A stretch of DNA of 64,000 nucleotides from positions 1 to 64,000 of IMG/VR virus record IMGVR_UViG_3300037067_004901. One strand, written 5' to 3'. Within the stretch, counting starts at the first letter, position 1; every line of letters starts with the position of its first letter. Positions 7,426 to 17,356 of this stretch are shown in pieces. The notes under the pieces are model-generated. The model was not told the DNA's origin, ran no database searches, and saw only the letters and a list, made by a program, of their open reading frames with translations. The translations under genes were made by a program, and so were the position numbers. The DNA comes from a virus. Taxonomy: Duplodnaviria; Caudoviricetes.

Positions 7426-8217
7426 TCAACACCCTAACATTGATGGAGCTTCGAGTTTAAATTTATTTTGCTCAACTCTTGTAATAATCTTATCTATCAC
7501 GCTTACAGGTATATTTTTGTGATTATAAACAATAGTATTTACAATCTCTTGTCTCGAATGGTCTCTAAAATTGTTAGGGTCTTTCATCATCGGATTATAT
7601 ATTTTTAATATCTTATCCATAATTTCATATGAGCAACCAATCTCTTGCTCATCTGTTTGATTTTCCCAAAGACCTGCACTCGGATGTTTTTTAATAACTT
7701 CTTTTGGAACTTTTAATTCTTTTGCTATCTCTCGTACTTCTGTTTTATATAGATGCCCTATCGGTTCTAATGCACAAGCACCATCACCATGAAGCGTGAA
7801 ATAACCTAAATCAAGCTCTGTCTTATTGCTCGTACCAACAACAAGTGCATTGTTTATCGCAGAGCTGTTATATAGAATCATCATGCGAACACGTGCCATA
7901 ATATTACCTAAACGACGCTTATCATCGGTATGAAACGCATCTACTATTGGTTTTATATTAAAGAAGGCAGCATGAATATTAAATTTATCAATTACACTTC
8001 TTGAATGATGTATATCTTTTTGTTCACCGTATGGTAACAAAAGTCCAGTTACATTTCTATTTCCTAATGCTCTGCTACACAGCGCAACGATAACAGCAGA
8101 ATCAAGTCCACCGGATACGCCAACAACAGCGTGTTTGAAATTTTTATATTTAAAAATATTCTGTATAAAATAAATACATTTTTCTACTTCACGTTTCGCA
8201 TCAAGTTTATTTTTCAT
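7426..8217 (-). CDS. nadE: NH3-dependent NAD+ synthetase
   Basis: SGGLDS, NIMARVRM, GTSNKTE..LGYFTLHGDG, LYKTEV, PSAGLW..QTDE. Confidence 0.93.
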   Translation of the reverse strand: MKNKLDAKREVEKCIYFIQNIFKYKNFKHAVVGVSGGLDSAVIVALCSRALGNRNVTGLLLPYGEQKDIHHSRSVIDKFNIHAAFFNIKPIVDAFHTDDKRRLGNIMARVRMMILYNSSAINNALVVGTSNKTELDLGYFTLHGDGACALEPIGHLYKTEVREIAKELKVPKEVIKKHPSAGLWENQTDEQEIGCSYEIMDKILKIYNPMMKDPNNFRDHSRQEIVNTIVYNHKNIPVSVIDKIITRVEQNKFKLEAPSMLGC

Positions 8218-8386
8218 TATTATTTTTCCTTTACTTTTAGTTCAATTAATTTTGGATTTATAAGTGCTACTATTGGTAATGTAAAACATAATAATCCTAA
8301 TATGACACAAGCAAAAGCGATAAATAGAAAACAAATAAATAAAAACGGTGTTAATATCAATGTCATAATAAATTTATATATTCTTT

Positions 8387-9373
8387 CTAACATCTTGCGC
8401 TCCTTAAATATTTTAGTCCATCATCTGTTATAAAACGTCTATGTGTTGTGATAGTATAACCAATTCTATCAAGATAACTTAAATACATGTCCGATAATGT
8501 TCGTTTATCTATATTAACAATACCTGCTAATGTATTTATACCACTACCACGAGGATGTTTTGATAATGCTTTTAATATAGACAAATCATTCTCTGTTATA
8601 CCGTTCTTTCGAATTTTAAAATCTTTAAATAAACTTCTTGTAACCATATTATCAATCTGTTTACTACGAGTAACTAATCTTTTGTTTTCACAACTTTCGA
8701 TAAAATTAACCGCTATTCTTGGATTACCTCTACTATTATTAGCGATAATTTTTGTGGCGGTTTCTGTTATATTATATTTCTTTTGATTAACATTAAATTT
8801 TATAATTTTTTGTAAATCTTCTTCTGAATAATCCTTTAAAGCGCAAGTTATCTTAAATCTGTCGCGCATTGGCTTCTTTAATAATGCTGGGTCAGTTGTA
8901 GCACCTATAATAGTGAATGGTTTTAATGTTATAGTATTGCCTTCTACAACTAAATCATTAACTAGTGTTCCTTCTTTAACATTATGAAAGAATATATAAT
9001 CTTCTAATATAGTATACCATAATGTCTCTGGTATATTTTTCTTACCTAAATCATGTATCTCATCAATAAATAAGATTGCGTTTTTATTTTCATTCTGTAA
9101 AGAATATATCTTGGTTAAATATTTTAAAATGTCGATTGGTGTATGAAAAGCAGAACCAATTGTTTCTATAAACTCGGTATTCTTCATCTCGTGAGCGCAA
9201 ATTTTACCAAGAGTAGTTTTACCTGTTCCAGCTGGACCATATAACAAGATGTGTGGTAAAATCGTCTTTCTAATCTTTGATGCTTTGATAGCGTCTCTTA
9301 AAATGTTTACAGCTTGTTCATTGGAATCTAATTTAAAATCTTCTAATGTTTTTGGTCTTATCGTAGTTGTCAT
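8387..9373 (-). CDS. ruvB: Holliday junction branch migration ATPase RuvB-like
   Basis: IRPKTLEDF, GPAGTGKTT, FIDEIH, FTIIGATT, RDRF, RGNPRIA. Confidence 0.88.
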   Translation of the reverse strand: MTTTIRPKTLEDFKLDSNEQAVNILRDAIKASKIRKTILPHILLYGPAGTGKTTLGKICAHEMKNTEFIETIGSAFHTPIDILKYLTKIYSLQNENKNAILFIDEIHDLGKKNIPETLWYTILEDYIFFHNVKEGTLVNDLVVEGNTITLKPFTIIGATTDPALLKKPMRDRFKITCALKDYSEEDLQKIIKFNVNQKKYNITETATKIIANNSRGNPRIAVNFIESCENKRLVTRSKQIDNMVTRSLFKDFKIRKNGITENDLSILKALSKHPRGSGINTLAGIVNIDKRTLSDMYLSYLDRIGYTITTHRRFITDDGLKYLRSARC

Positions 9374-9391
9374 AATATATCACCACCAATC

Positions 9392-10306
9392 TTATTGTAT
9401 GCTTCTTTGTTTCATCATTGTATGATATTTCCTTGCCTCCTTCATTGGTCTGATTTTTCTTATGTTACATATTTTAAAAATTTCATCAAATTTTTTCATA
9501 CTTTTTATATTAAATAATTTTTTTATTACTAATAAATCAACACCAGCCTCAATAGCAGTTTTCAGTGTTAATAACTTTTTACCTCTTAAACCACCTATTG
9601 GCTTTTCGACTCCCGCTCTTTTAGCTATGTTTGCTAATATAATTCTTATATGCAAAGCTGTTAGTGGTAAATTATTTTTTGTAAAGAATAAATATTCATT
9701 ATTGATTACAGTGCGTATGCGATATTGTTTTATTGCTTGCACAGCTTCATCAGAAATATATAGATACGGAATATCGTTTTCTGTGATATCTTCTGCGTCC
9801 AAATCTATCATATTATAATTTAATTTTAAGTTCTTTACTTTTATTTTTGCTATATCTTTTATATTAATAAAAGAAGTGTAAGCTAATTTCCAAATAGTTC
9901 TATCTCTATCTGATAAATTGCCTCTATTTACGAAACGTTTTTGTCTGCGCACATCTTTCAAAGATTCATAATCTAAATGAACTTTTAACTTAGGCGAAGT
10001 TACTTTAAATTTTGGTACTTCTGCAATAATATTTTTTTCTTTTAAAAATTGAAAGAAAAGACGCAATGCCCAATAATTATTTGTAACAGAAGAATATGTA
10101 TTAAAGCATTGTGTTTCTTTTTTTCTATAAAAGAATCCGTTTATATCTTCTACATCAATATCTTGTGGTTCTTTTTCTATAATTTTTAAAGCGTGATTTA
10201 CTATCTGTTCATTAAGATGTTTATAATGTGCACTCCAATTTCTTTGTTTCGAATATTCTTCTACATATTGCGTTACTAATGGATGCTTTTTTATACTTTC
10301 AGACAT
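9392..10306 (-). CDS. XerC/D-like tyrosine recombinase fold lacking catalytic residues
   Basis: ALRLFFQFL SAM-like N-domain, RDRTIWKLAYTS, YLFFTKNN.PLT, AKRAGVEK, AGVDLLVIKKL; R, HxxR, H and Y not recognisable. Confidence 0.7.
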   Translation of the reverse strand: MSESIKKHPLVTQYVEEYSKQRNWSAHYKHLNEQIVNHALKIIEKEPQDIDVEDINGFFYRKKETQCFNTYSSVTNNYWALRLFFQFLKEKNIIAEVPKFKVTSPKLKVHLDYESLKDVRRQKRFVNRGNLSDRDRTIWKLAYTSFINIKDIAKIKVKNLKLNYNMIDLDAEDITENDIPYLYISDEAVQAIKQYRIRTVINNEYLFFTKNNLPLTALHIRIILANIAKRAGVEKPIGGLRGKKLLTLKTAIEAGVDLLVIKKLFNIKSMKKFDEIFKICNIRKIRPMKEARKYHTMMKQRSIQ

Positions 10307-10385
10307 GTATCTCCTGCATCTATCATCAAATAGGCTGAAAACGTCGATTATAGCTCATTTAAACAGCTTTTAAGCGTATTTTAAA

Positions 10386-10628
10386 CTATGTTGCAGAGTA
10401 ACTATGACCACGTTTACCAGATGAAGATTTACGATTTAACGTAGCGATATAATCATCAATATCTGATTTCTTATAAATATTCTGCGTGCCTATCTTTTGA
10501 TAAATATTAATTTTTTTATTACTAATAAGATAAAATAATCTTGCTTTTGTCCAATGTCGTTTATATGTTTCATTGACATAAGACAATACGTTATCAGTAG
10601 TCAATAAACCATTAGATAATATTGACAT
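10386..10628 (-). CDS. excisionase-like HTH DNA-binding protein
   Basis: LLTTDNV...KIGTQNIYKKSDIDDYI pattern. Confidence 0.6.
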   Translation of the reverse strand: MSILSNGLLTTDNVLSYVNETYKRHWTKARLFYLISNKKINIYQKIGTQNIYKKSDIDDYIATLNRKSSSGKRGHSYSAT

Positions 10629-10654
10629 TTATATCACCTACTTTCGATATTATA

Positions 10655-11590
10655 TTATATTTTTTTACCAACAACAAGATATTCGTGGGCTTTAGCTGCC
10701 ATTTTACGTTCTTCTATTTGGCTTGCGAAACATTGTCCAATACATGATTTCCATTTTACAATAATAACATCATGTAATTTAAATCCTACATCAACAAATA
10801 GCTTCATTATATCCGCATGATATGGAAAGAATTTGTTATCCATTCTGAAATCATTTATATTAAAAATACAATATTTATCTTTCTTTAATACCCTATAACA
10901 TTCTGCGATAATAACTTTTATTCTCTCTAAAAACTTTTCATAAGAACCAGAAAGACCTAACTGTTCGGGTTCATCACCATACCACTCAACACAGTAATAT
11001 GGCGGTGAAGTATAAATCATATCTATCGAATTACTATCCTCAAGCATCTTTTCTGATGATTGTTCTCGCAACGTAATTGTATATGCAGATTGGAATAATT
11101 GACCTGTCGTAATCTGCTCTTTTACTTTACGATTAAACTCCATAAAAACTTTACTCACATCGTAACCGATATAGTTTCTATCTAAAGAAAAAGTAACTTG
11201 CATGCGGCTATTATGTCCTGCACATGGGTCTAAAATTGTATCACCACGATTTGAATAAAATTCTACAATAAACTTTGCTAATCCTGGAGGAAAAGTGCTT
11301 ACACCACTTTGTTTGCCTCTAACATTTTGGCTTGACATCGAGAACGCTTCTTGTGTTTCATTATATTCAACAACAGTGCCGTCAGATTTGGTATAACTTT
11401 TGATATTATACTTCATCTTTGAATGTTTTTCTTCCGCTTTGACCTGTTGTTTACGTTCTTCAAATTCTATGATATCTTTGCCCCAAGAATAGTCTGGTTC
11501 TATAACAGAAGTCGGAATAAATCCATACTTGTTCAAAACCATTTCTCTTATCTTACGGCTTTCTTGTAAATCTTCTTGCGTTTTTGCCAC
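10655..11590 (-). CDS. DNA amino-methyltransferase (N4-C/N6-A)
   Basis: ILDPCAG SAM-binding motif followed by catalytic TSPPY; HEY motif at the C-terminus. Confidence 0.88.
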   Translation of the reverse strand: MAKTQEDLQESRKIREMVLNKYGFIPTSVIEPDYSWGKDIIEFEERKQQVKAEEKHSKMKYNIKSYTKSDGTVVEYNETQEAFSMSSQNVRGKQSGVSTFPPGLAKFIVEFYSNRGDTILDPCAGHNSRMQVTFSLDRNYIGYDVSKVFMEFNRKVKEQITTGQLFQSAYTITLREQSSEKMLEDSNSIDMIYTSPPYYCVEWYGDEPEQLGLSGSYEKFLERIKVIIAECYRVLKKDKYCIFNINDFRMDNKFFPYHADIMKLFVDVGFKLHDVIIVKWKSCIGQCFASQIEERKMAAKAHEYLVVGKKI

Positions 11591-11892
11591 TAATCGATAT
11601 CTCCCTCAAGCACTTTTTCGGTGCCATCTTTCATAATGAAAAGAGGAAGATATTTCCCCTGACATCTTTCATCTAATAAAATAACGAAATTATTTTCATC
11701 GTGTGCGGCGACTTTGATGCATTCTGGTGTTTCTTCTGCCAATGATAGAATTGTCTCATAACCCATTTCAACGCCTAACGATTTAACATAATCGCTACTA
11801 CATTCTTTGAATAATTTTAATTCGTGCAAATAGAACTTCATTAGACACTTCTTTTCTAACGAAGAAAGGTTGATTTTTTTACTCTTTATCAT
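11590..11892 (-). CDS. hypothetical protein
   Basis: ORF coupled to the methyltransferase. Confidence 0.55.
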   Translation of the reverse strand: MIKSKKINLSSLEKKCLMKFYLHELKLFKECSSDYVKSLGVEMGYETILSLAEETPECIKVAAHDENNFVILLDERCQGKYLPLFIMKDGTEKVLEGDID

Positions 11893-11923
11893 TTGAATAC
11901 CTTTCTACTCTTTTAGTAGAAAT

Positions 11924-11952
11924 AGTATATCATATTACGATGAAATTGTCAA
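11924..11952 (-). promoter_or_regulatory. sigma70 promoter
   Basis: TTGACA-17-TATACT with extended TG. Confidence 0.75.
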
Positions 11953-12377
11953 GCTCTTTTTAAATTTATTTCTTTAGATGTCCTTCAGGTGGTGACATAA
12001 ATTCATCTTCTCGCTCAACTATCTCTCCGCTATATACTACTCCGTCGTTAGTTTTAATTTTAATGAATAATTTTGTACCTTCATCGTTTGGTTCTATCTG
12101 CATATCAAAAGATTGATTATCTCCAATATCAATAAATATACGTGGCATTTATTTTACCTTTCTTAATATTGGTAGTTCGCCTTTATCAAGCATTGTCTCG
12201 ATTTCACTATCTTTTTCATCTTTTGTAATATGATTATTCTGATAATCTAAACATAATAAAAATAAATCGGCAACATGAAACGTCTCATCACTACTCATCG
12301 GTGCAAAATGTTTAGTTATCTTCTGTGCAGTTTTCGATAACTCATTTTCCAATTGTTCAAGTGTATGTTTTCGCATA

Positions 12378-12884
12378 TTATGCTCCAATTGTGACGTTAT
12401 ACTCTATTCTAATAGCGATTCTTTTAAATACAGATATGTTCGGTGCAACTATAGAATTCTTAATCAAGAAAGCTTTTAATTCTTCATCTGTATCAAAGCC
12501 AACAATGTTATGATTAATGTAGGCTAATATGTTTGCTTTTTCAAAAGTTTCTTTTTCTCTTAAAAGAGTCGCATTAGGTCTTTCTTCCCCATTTCTTTCG
12601 GCTCGCAATCTTTCGTTTCTTCTTGCATATGCTTCTTTTTTTATTTCTGGATATTTAACAAAACGTAACCATGTATACATTCCAGTCGCAGTAAGTGTCT
12701 TATTAAACTTCGTAAAATATTCTTCACATACTTTAAGCTCTATAATTGTTTTTGCTGTTATTTTTGGTAACGATTCACATTTTTCTTTCGCCCAAGCTTT
12801 TTCTTCTTCTGTGTGTTTAATTATTTTACAACCTAAAAGCGGCATATAATATTCCTTTCTATTTTTTGATGAACTGCATAACAT
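12378..12884 (-). CDS. hypothetical protein
   Basis: ORF on the coding strand; true start probably MPLLGC. Confidence 0.55.
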   Translation of the reverse strand: MLCSSSKNRKEYYMPLLGCKIIKHTEEEKAWAKEKCESLPKITAKTIIELKVCEEYFTKFNKTLTATGMYTWLRFVKYPEIKKEAYARRNERLRAERNGEERPNATLLREKETFEKANILAYINHNIVGFDTDEELKAFLIKNSIVAPNISVFKRIAIRIEYNVTIGA

Positions 12885-13278
12885 ACTCTATCAAGAATAG
12901 ACGCGGTGCGACTAAGCACTTAATCCATTCTAAGTGAGTAACAAAATTATATATTCCAGCTATAATTAAACCTACTGTAGCGAGTGCAAGAACAATAGTT
13001 TTAAATGTTGGTCCTGCTTGCCACCAATGCGTGCCTCTTGTTTCATCTTCTTTAAATTCTTTATTCATTACTTTAAGAAGCGCCGCAATTGTAAAACATG
13101 AAGCAATCAACATTAATATTGCTAAAAGAAACCATACTAAATGATACATTAAATTATATTGCACAATTTCTTTAATGACAATAGGACATTCTTTTTCAGC
13201 AATATCAATTGCTTTGATAATACCCTCTTTAGTCTTCTCGATTATAGGAAGTATTTGTTGCATTAAACGTTCGTCCAT
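12859..13278 (-). CDS. hypothetical two-TM membrane protein
   Basis: Two hydrophobic segments; APRLFLIEY end. Confidence 0.6.
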   Translation of the reverse strand: MDERLMQQILPIIEKTKEGIIKAIDIAEKECPIVIKEIVQYNLMYHLVWFLLAILMLIASCFTIAALLKVMNKEFKEDETRGTHWWQAGPTFKTIVLALATVGLIIAGIYNFVTHLEWIKCLVAPRLFLIEYVMQFIKK

Positions 13279-13283
13279 TTATA

Positions 13284-13721
13284 TCACCTCTTTTCTATTA
13301 AGAGTGGTGTCGCATTAATTCTACGACGCCCATCTACTGTTTGACTTAACACGTCTATCGTGTGTAATGCTTTCGGTTTAAAAGCAATACGTAAAGAATG
13401 ATGTCCATCTAATGATATAGCTTTATATCTACTATAAACGTGCGCGCCGTTTATTATTATAGAAGTTCCCATTTTCAATCGAACGATACCTTCATTTCGT
13501 AAATTCTCGACACTTTCTTTTGTTGTGTAACCTGATTTACCTAAATGAATGTAAATCGCATTTTCTTTACGTTCTGAAAACTTTTTTCTTATCCGACTAA
13601 TATGATACGTTATTTTTTTATTATTTGAATTTAACTCTGATGCTATTTCTGTGCTTTTTCTTTCGCACCCATCTGCGAGTAAATGCAATATTGCTCTTTC
13701 AAAATTCGTCAACTCTCTCAT
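13284..13721 (-). CDS. winged-helix DNA-binding protein
   Basis: LTNFERAILHLL...STEIASEL...ITYHISRIRKK. Confidence 0.65.
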   Translation of the reverse strand: MRELTNFERAILHLLADGCERKSTEIASELNSNNKKITYHISRIRKKFSERKENAIYIHLGKSGYTTKESVENLRNEGIVRLKMGTSIIINGAHVYSRYKAISLDGHHSLRIAFKPKALHTIDVLSQTVDGRRRINATPLLIEKR

Positions 13722-13746
13722 TTCAATTTTTTCCTTTCTTTTATGT

Positions 13747-14391
13747 TTATGTTACAAGCATATTAAGTGCGGGTATATCTCGCGTCTTTATCAAAAACAC
13801 CCCCTTTGCTTTCCACGATTTGTATATGCTTTCACAATCATAATTTTTTAATTCCTTCATTGCATCAGTTACAGCAACGACTTTATAATCTTCTTCTAAT
13901 AAACCTTTAATAGCGAAGTCAACGCATACATTTGTCGCGACACCATACACTACAACTATATCTGGACAAAGTAATGTTAAAACATTTAATGTCCAAGCAT
14001 TACCTTCAAATATATCGAACTTATCTTTATATAATACGATATTTCTGGCTCGTATTATTTTATCTATCGGTAAGTTATTTTCTGTATGATTTATCATTAC
14101 ATAATTATCTTTGAAATCTCTTATATCAGTTTCTTTTATAAACTCTGCGCCATCAGAACCAGCAATACAGTGTTCTGGGAAAGTTTTTTTAAAATCTGGG
14201 GATTTGCTTAATTCTTCCGATTTAATGGTGTGAAAATCTCCCGTCGAAATAACTTTTATAGATTTATCTTTTGCAAACTCTGTTAAAAATTTTAAATTAG
14301 GTTTTATCTGCTCTGCGTTTTTTATGTAAAGTTTACCATCTTTATTCATAAAATCTTTTTGTGTATCAACATTAAAAAATATAATTTTCAT
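13747..14391 (-). CDS. pncA: nicotinamidase (isochorismatase family)
   Basis: VDTQKDF, DFH, FPEHCIAGSDGA, KDKFD, GVATNVCV. Confidence 0.85.
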   Translation of the reverse strand: MKIIFFNVDTQKDFMNKDGKLYIKNAEQIKPNLKFLTEFAKDKSIKVISTGDFHTIKSEELSKSPDFKKTFPEHCIAGSDGAEFIKETDIRDFKDNYVMINHTENNLPIDKIIRARNIVLYKDKFDIFEGNAWTLNVLTLLCPDIVVVYGVATNVCVDFAIKGLLEEDYKVVAVTDAMKELKNYDCESIYKSWKAKGVFLIKTRDIPALNMLVT

Positions 14392-15657
14392 TTAATCTCC
14401 TTTAATAACTGCGAGTGGCTGAAGTTCTGTAATAATTTCTACCAAATCTGATTGATTATTCATAACATCTGTTATATCTCTATATGCACCACTTGCTTCA
14501 TCTAAATTATTTATAGAACGAAGACCATGTACAATACCTTGTGCATCTAATTTATTTTGTTCATCTATAAGATTTAATACTTTGCGTGCTTTGCTTCTAC
14601 TCATTATTCTACCTGCACCATGAGAGCAAGAGTTAAAACTTTCAGCATTGCCAAGACCGCGCACTATATATGATTTACGTCCTTGGTCGCCAGGTATAAT
14701 ACCAATCGTATTTTTAGTTGCAAGAGTTGCACCTTTACGATGTATCATAACGTTCTTACCGAAATGATTCTCCATCTTTGCGTAGTTATGCGCTATGTTA
14801 ATCATAGCTTCACTCATATCGGAAGTAATAACTGGAAATTTTTCACTACCAAATATGACAGCAAATATATTTAAAATTTTATTCATCATCAATTTTCTAT
14901 TAGCCAATGCAAAGTCAATGCAATATTGCATTTCTCTTATATATGCTTTACCTTCATCGCTATCTATTGTTAGAAATGCTAATGATTGTTCCATATCTTT
15001 TGGTAAATATGTATTTGAATGCCACTCTTTATTTAGTTCATATGCTACTTTATTATAATGTTTCGCTACTGTATAACCTATATTACGACTGCCTGAATGA
15101 ATCATAATCCAAACATTATCGTATTTATCTTTCTGTATCTCTATAAAATGATTGCCACCGCCAAGAGTTCCAAGTTGACGCAACGCAGATTGATATTCTT
15201 GATACACTATTGGATACATACACTGAAAATCAAATGGTTTACTTTCTGCGCAACTTCTTTCAGGCATTAACTTTTCATCTTGCGCATCTTTATTATGTTC
15301 CTTACCAACTGGTATTGTTTCTCGTATCTTACCCATTATAGTCTTGATTATTTCTTCGCTCAAATCTTTTGCTTTAAGAGAAGTCTTAACAGCACACATA
15401 CCACAACCAATATCAACACCAACTGCATTTGGAACTATCACTCTATCTGTTGCGAGAACAGCACCAATCGGCATACCATATCCACTATGACAATCTGGCA
15501 TTATCGCTATATGATGAAACGCGAAAGGTAAACAAGATAAATTCATTATTTGATTTTTTGCTTCATCTTCTATTTTATCCCAGTCTAACCAAAGTTTCAC
15601 TGGAACTTTTACAGCTTTACTATCTTTACTTATCCCTGTCACATCAATAACTTTCAT
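14392..15657 (-). CDS. rtcB: RNA ligase RtcB
   Basis: MPDCHSGYG, VGVDIGCG, GTLGGGNHFIE, HSGSR, HNY, HRKGA, SHGAGR. Confidence 0.95.
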   Translation of the reverse strand: MKVIDVTGISKDSKAVKVPVKLWLDWDKIEDEAKNQIMNLSCLPFAFHHIAIMPDCHSGYGMPIGAVLATDRVIVPNAVGVDIGCGMCAVKTSLKAKDLSEEIIKTIMGKIRETIPVGKEHNKDAQDEKLMPERSCAESKPFDFQCMYPIVYQEYQSALRQLGTLGGGNHFIEIQKDKYDNVWIMIHSGSRNIGYTVAKHYNKVAYELNKEWHSNTYLPKDMEQSLAFLTIDSDEGKAYIREMQYCIDFALANRKLMMNKILNIFAVIFGSEKFPVITSDMSEAMINIAHNYAKMENHFGKNVMIHRKGATLATKNTIGIIPGDQGRKSYIVRGLGNAESFNSCSHGAGRIMSRSKARKVLNLIDEQNKLDAQGIVHGLRSINNLDEASGAYRDITDVMNNQSDLVEIITELQPLAVIKGD

Positions 15658-15674
15658 ATTATCCTCTCATTATT

Positions 15675-15749
15675 CAGAGTGCGAGTATCTACTTGACAAG
15701 TTAAACCAAAAAGGAAAAGAAACTCATCTTTCGATACTCGCTATCTCTG
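15675..15749 (-). promoter_or_regulatory. long stem-loop between the Ubl gene and rtcB
   Basis: CAGAG..GCGAGTATC / GATACTCGC..CTCTG inverted repeat. Confidence 0.55.
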
Positions 15750-15755
15750 CTTACT

Positions 15756-15971
15756 TCAAAAGCTACCGCCGCTAACAGCACCGATAACAGTAATGATGTC
15801 ACCGGCATGAAGCACAGCGGTTTTGCTGACGACTACTCCATTCACTCTGATAGAAGCACTATATTTCATGTCCTTCTTTTCGAGAAATGAAGCCAGCGTC
15901 GTTCCCTCTGCACACGTCATAGGCTTTAACGGCTTTGCAAGCTCCGCAACCTTAACTGTAATGTTTGCCAT
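15756..15971 (-). CDS. ubiquitin-like (ThiS/MoaD beta-grasp) protein ending in GG-SF
   Basis: IRVNG...LHAGDIITVIGAVSGGSF. Confidence 0.8.
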   Translation of the reverse strand: MANITVKVAELAKPLKPMTCAEGTTLASFLEKKDMKYSASIRVNGVVVSKTAVLHAGDIITVIGAVSGGSF

Positions 15972-15973
15972 TT

Positions 15974-16684
15974 TTATTCACCCCCCTTCATTTGTTTATT
16001 TTTATCTGGTACAACAAATAATTTTAGTATAGATTTCTTTTTATCTCCAACTTCTTCAAGTTTCATTACTTCATCTGCTCCAGAAAAAGATAATAGAATA
16101 GCTTCTGTGTTTAAGTGTCTTAATTGTGAAATAATTGAACCACGTTCATCTTGACCTACATAAAAATTACCAGTGCGCGCTATCCCGCATGGAATTAAAT
16201 CTTCTTTATATATCTCTATCATAGCTTTACTTAAAAATTCTGCTGGTATACTTGGCATCGCATAACAACCACCATTACTTTTCATTGGTATTGCTCTGCA
16301 TATTAAATAATTTTTATCTCTACCCAACATAAATGATTTAGCATAGTGAAAACATTTAACAGAAGAATCAAAAAGTTTATTATAAATATTTTCTTCTATG
16401 AGATATTGATGTTTATTTCCTATTTTCTTTTTTGAAAGTTTTATCTTAACACGATTATCTTTATTAAAAAATTTTATTCTGCTTACACTGTAAGAATCTC
16501 TTGCATATGCTGAACCATCTCCTATCGACCACGAATACTTGAATCCTAATCTATCATGACATGATGCTCCATTTCTAATGTTTTGACATATATAAAATTG
16601 CCCATTTTCTACTTGAATTTTTGCATGACGTATTCTATCTTTACCAATAAAACAACTAATCTCCATATTTTTTCGTAGTTTCAT
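15974..16684 (-). CDS. hypothetical protein with possible inactive MPN/JAB-like C-domain
   Basis: Lies between E1 and Ubl; C-domain similar to 29518..30219. Confidence 0.55.
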   Translation of the reverse strand: MKLRKNMEISCFIGKDRIRHAKIQVENGQFYICQNIRNGASCHDRLGFKYSWSIGDGSAYARDSYSVSRIKFFNKDNRVKIKLSKKKIGNKHQYLIEENIYNKLFDSSVKCFHYAKSFMLGRDKNYLICRAIPMKSNGGCYAMPSIPAEFLSKAMIEIYKEDLIPCGIARTGNFYVGQDERGSIISQLRHLNTEAILLSFSGADEVMKLEEVGDKKKSILKLFVVPDKNKQMKGGE

Positions 16685-16696
16685 ATTTTAATATCC

Positions 16697-17356
16697 TTAA
16701 TCTCTTATCATAAACGATGCTTTGTTTATATTCTGCATATTAAAAACTATCTCTCTCGGATATTCTTCTTTAGATATTACACTTCTATATGAACGACATA
16801 TTAAAGAGGATAACATCAATACGTTATCAATGATAGCCCGCTCACTACAACGAAGCGGCGCTACGTCTTCATCTTTATATAAAGTTTTTTCATAAAATTT
16901 TATATTCTCTTTACTCTTGTCTCGTATTGTATAGACAACACCAAGTTGAGCACCCATTCTTGCTTCAATATAATTTTTGCATTGTTTCTGTTTCAAAAAT
17001 TGTTCCCACACTAAACATCTCGAACTCATTGAATCGGTTGTTACAATTACAGTTTCATGTAGTGGTTGATTCGTATAAAACATTGGCATAATCAACGTAT
17101 TATAACCTGTAAAATCTTGTATGATTTCGTTGAGTGCATCTACCTTAAACTGTTCTACATCTTTTATTCGGTAGAATTGATTTGGTAAATTATGCTCTGT
17201 TACGCCATCTTCATCATAGACTTCTATCATCATTGCGCCCATCTTGGAAAGCGTCAAAGCTGAAAAACTACCGATAGCACCAGCACCAATTAGCGTTATC
17301 TTCTTACTTTGTAACTTCTTCATGTTAATCATAGAAGATTGTCGAAGAAAGTCCAT
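16697..17356 (-). CDS. ThiF/E1-like activating enzyme
   Basis: IGAGAIGS, DEDGVTEHNLPNQ, TDS...R; putative catalytic Cys in PLRC. Confidence 0.88.
   Translation of the reverse strand: MDFLRQSSMINMKKLQSKKITLIGAGAIGSFSALTLSKMGAMMIEVYDEDGVTEHNLPNQFYRIKDVEQFKVDALNEIIQDFTGYNTLIMPMFYTNQPLHETVIVTTDSMSSRCLVWEQFLKQKQCKNYIEARMGAQLGVVYTIRDKSKENIKFYEKTLYKDEDVAPLRCSERAIIDNVLMLSSLICRSYRSVISKEEYPREIVFNMQNINKASFMIRD

Noticed and set aside
9392-10306. Active integrase indicating a temperate lifestyle
   Set aside because: The catalytic R, HxxR, H and Y residues are not recognisable, and no att site was seen
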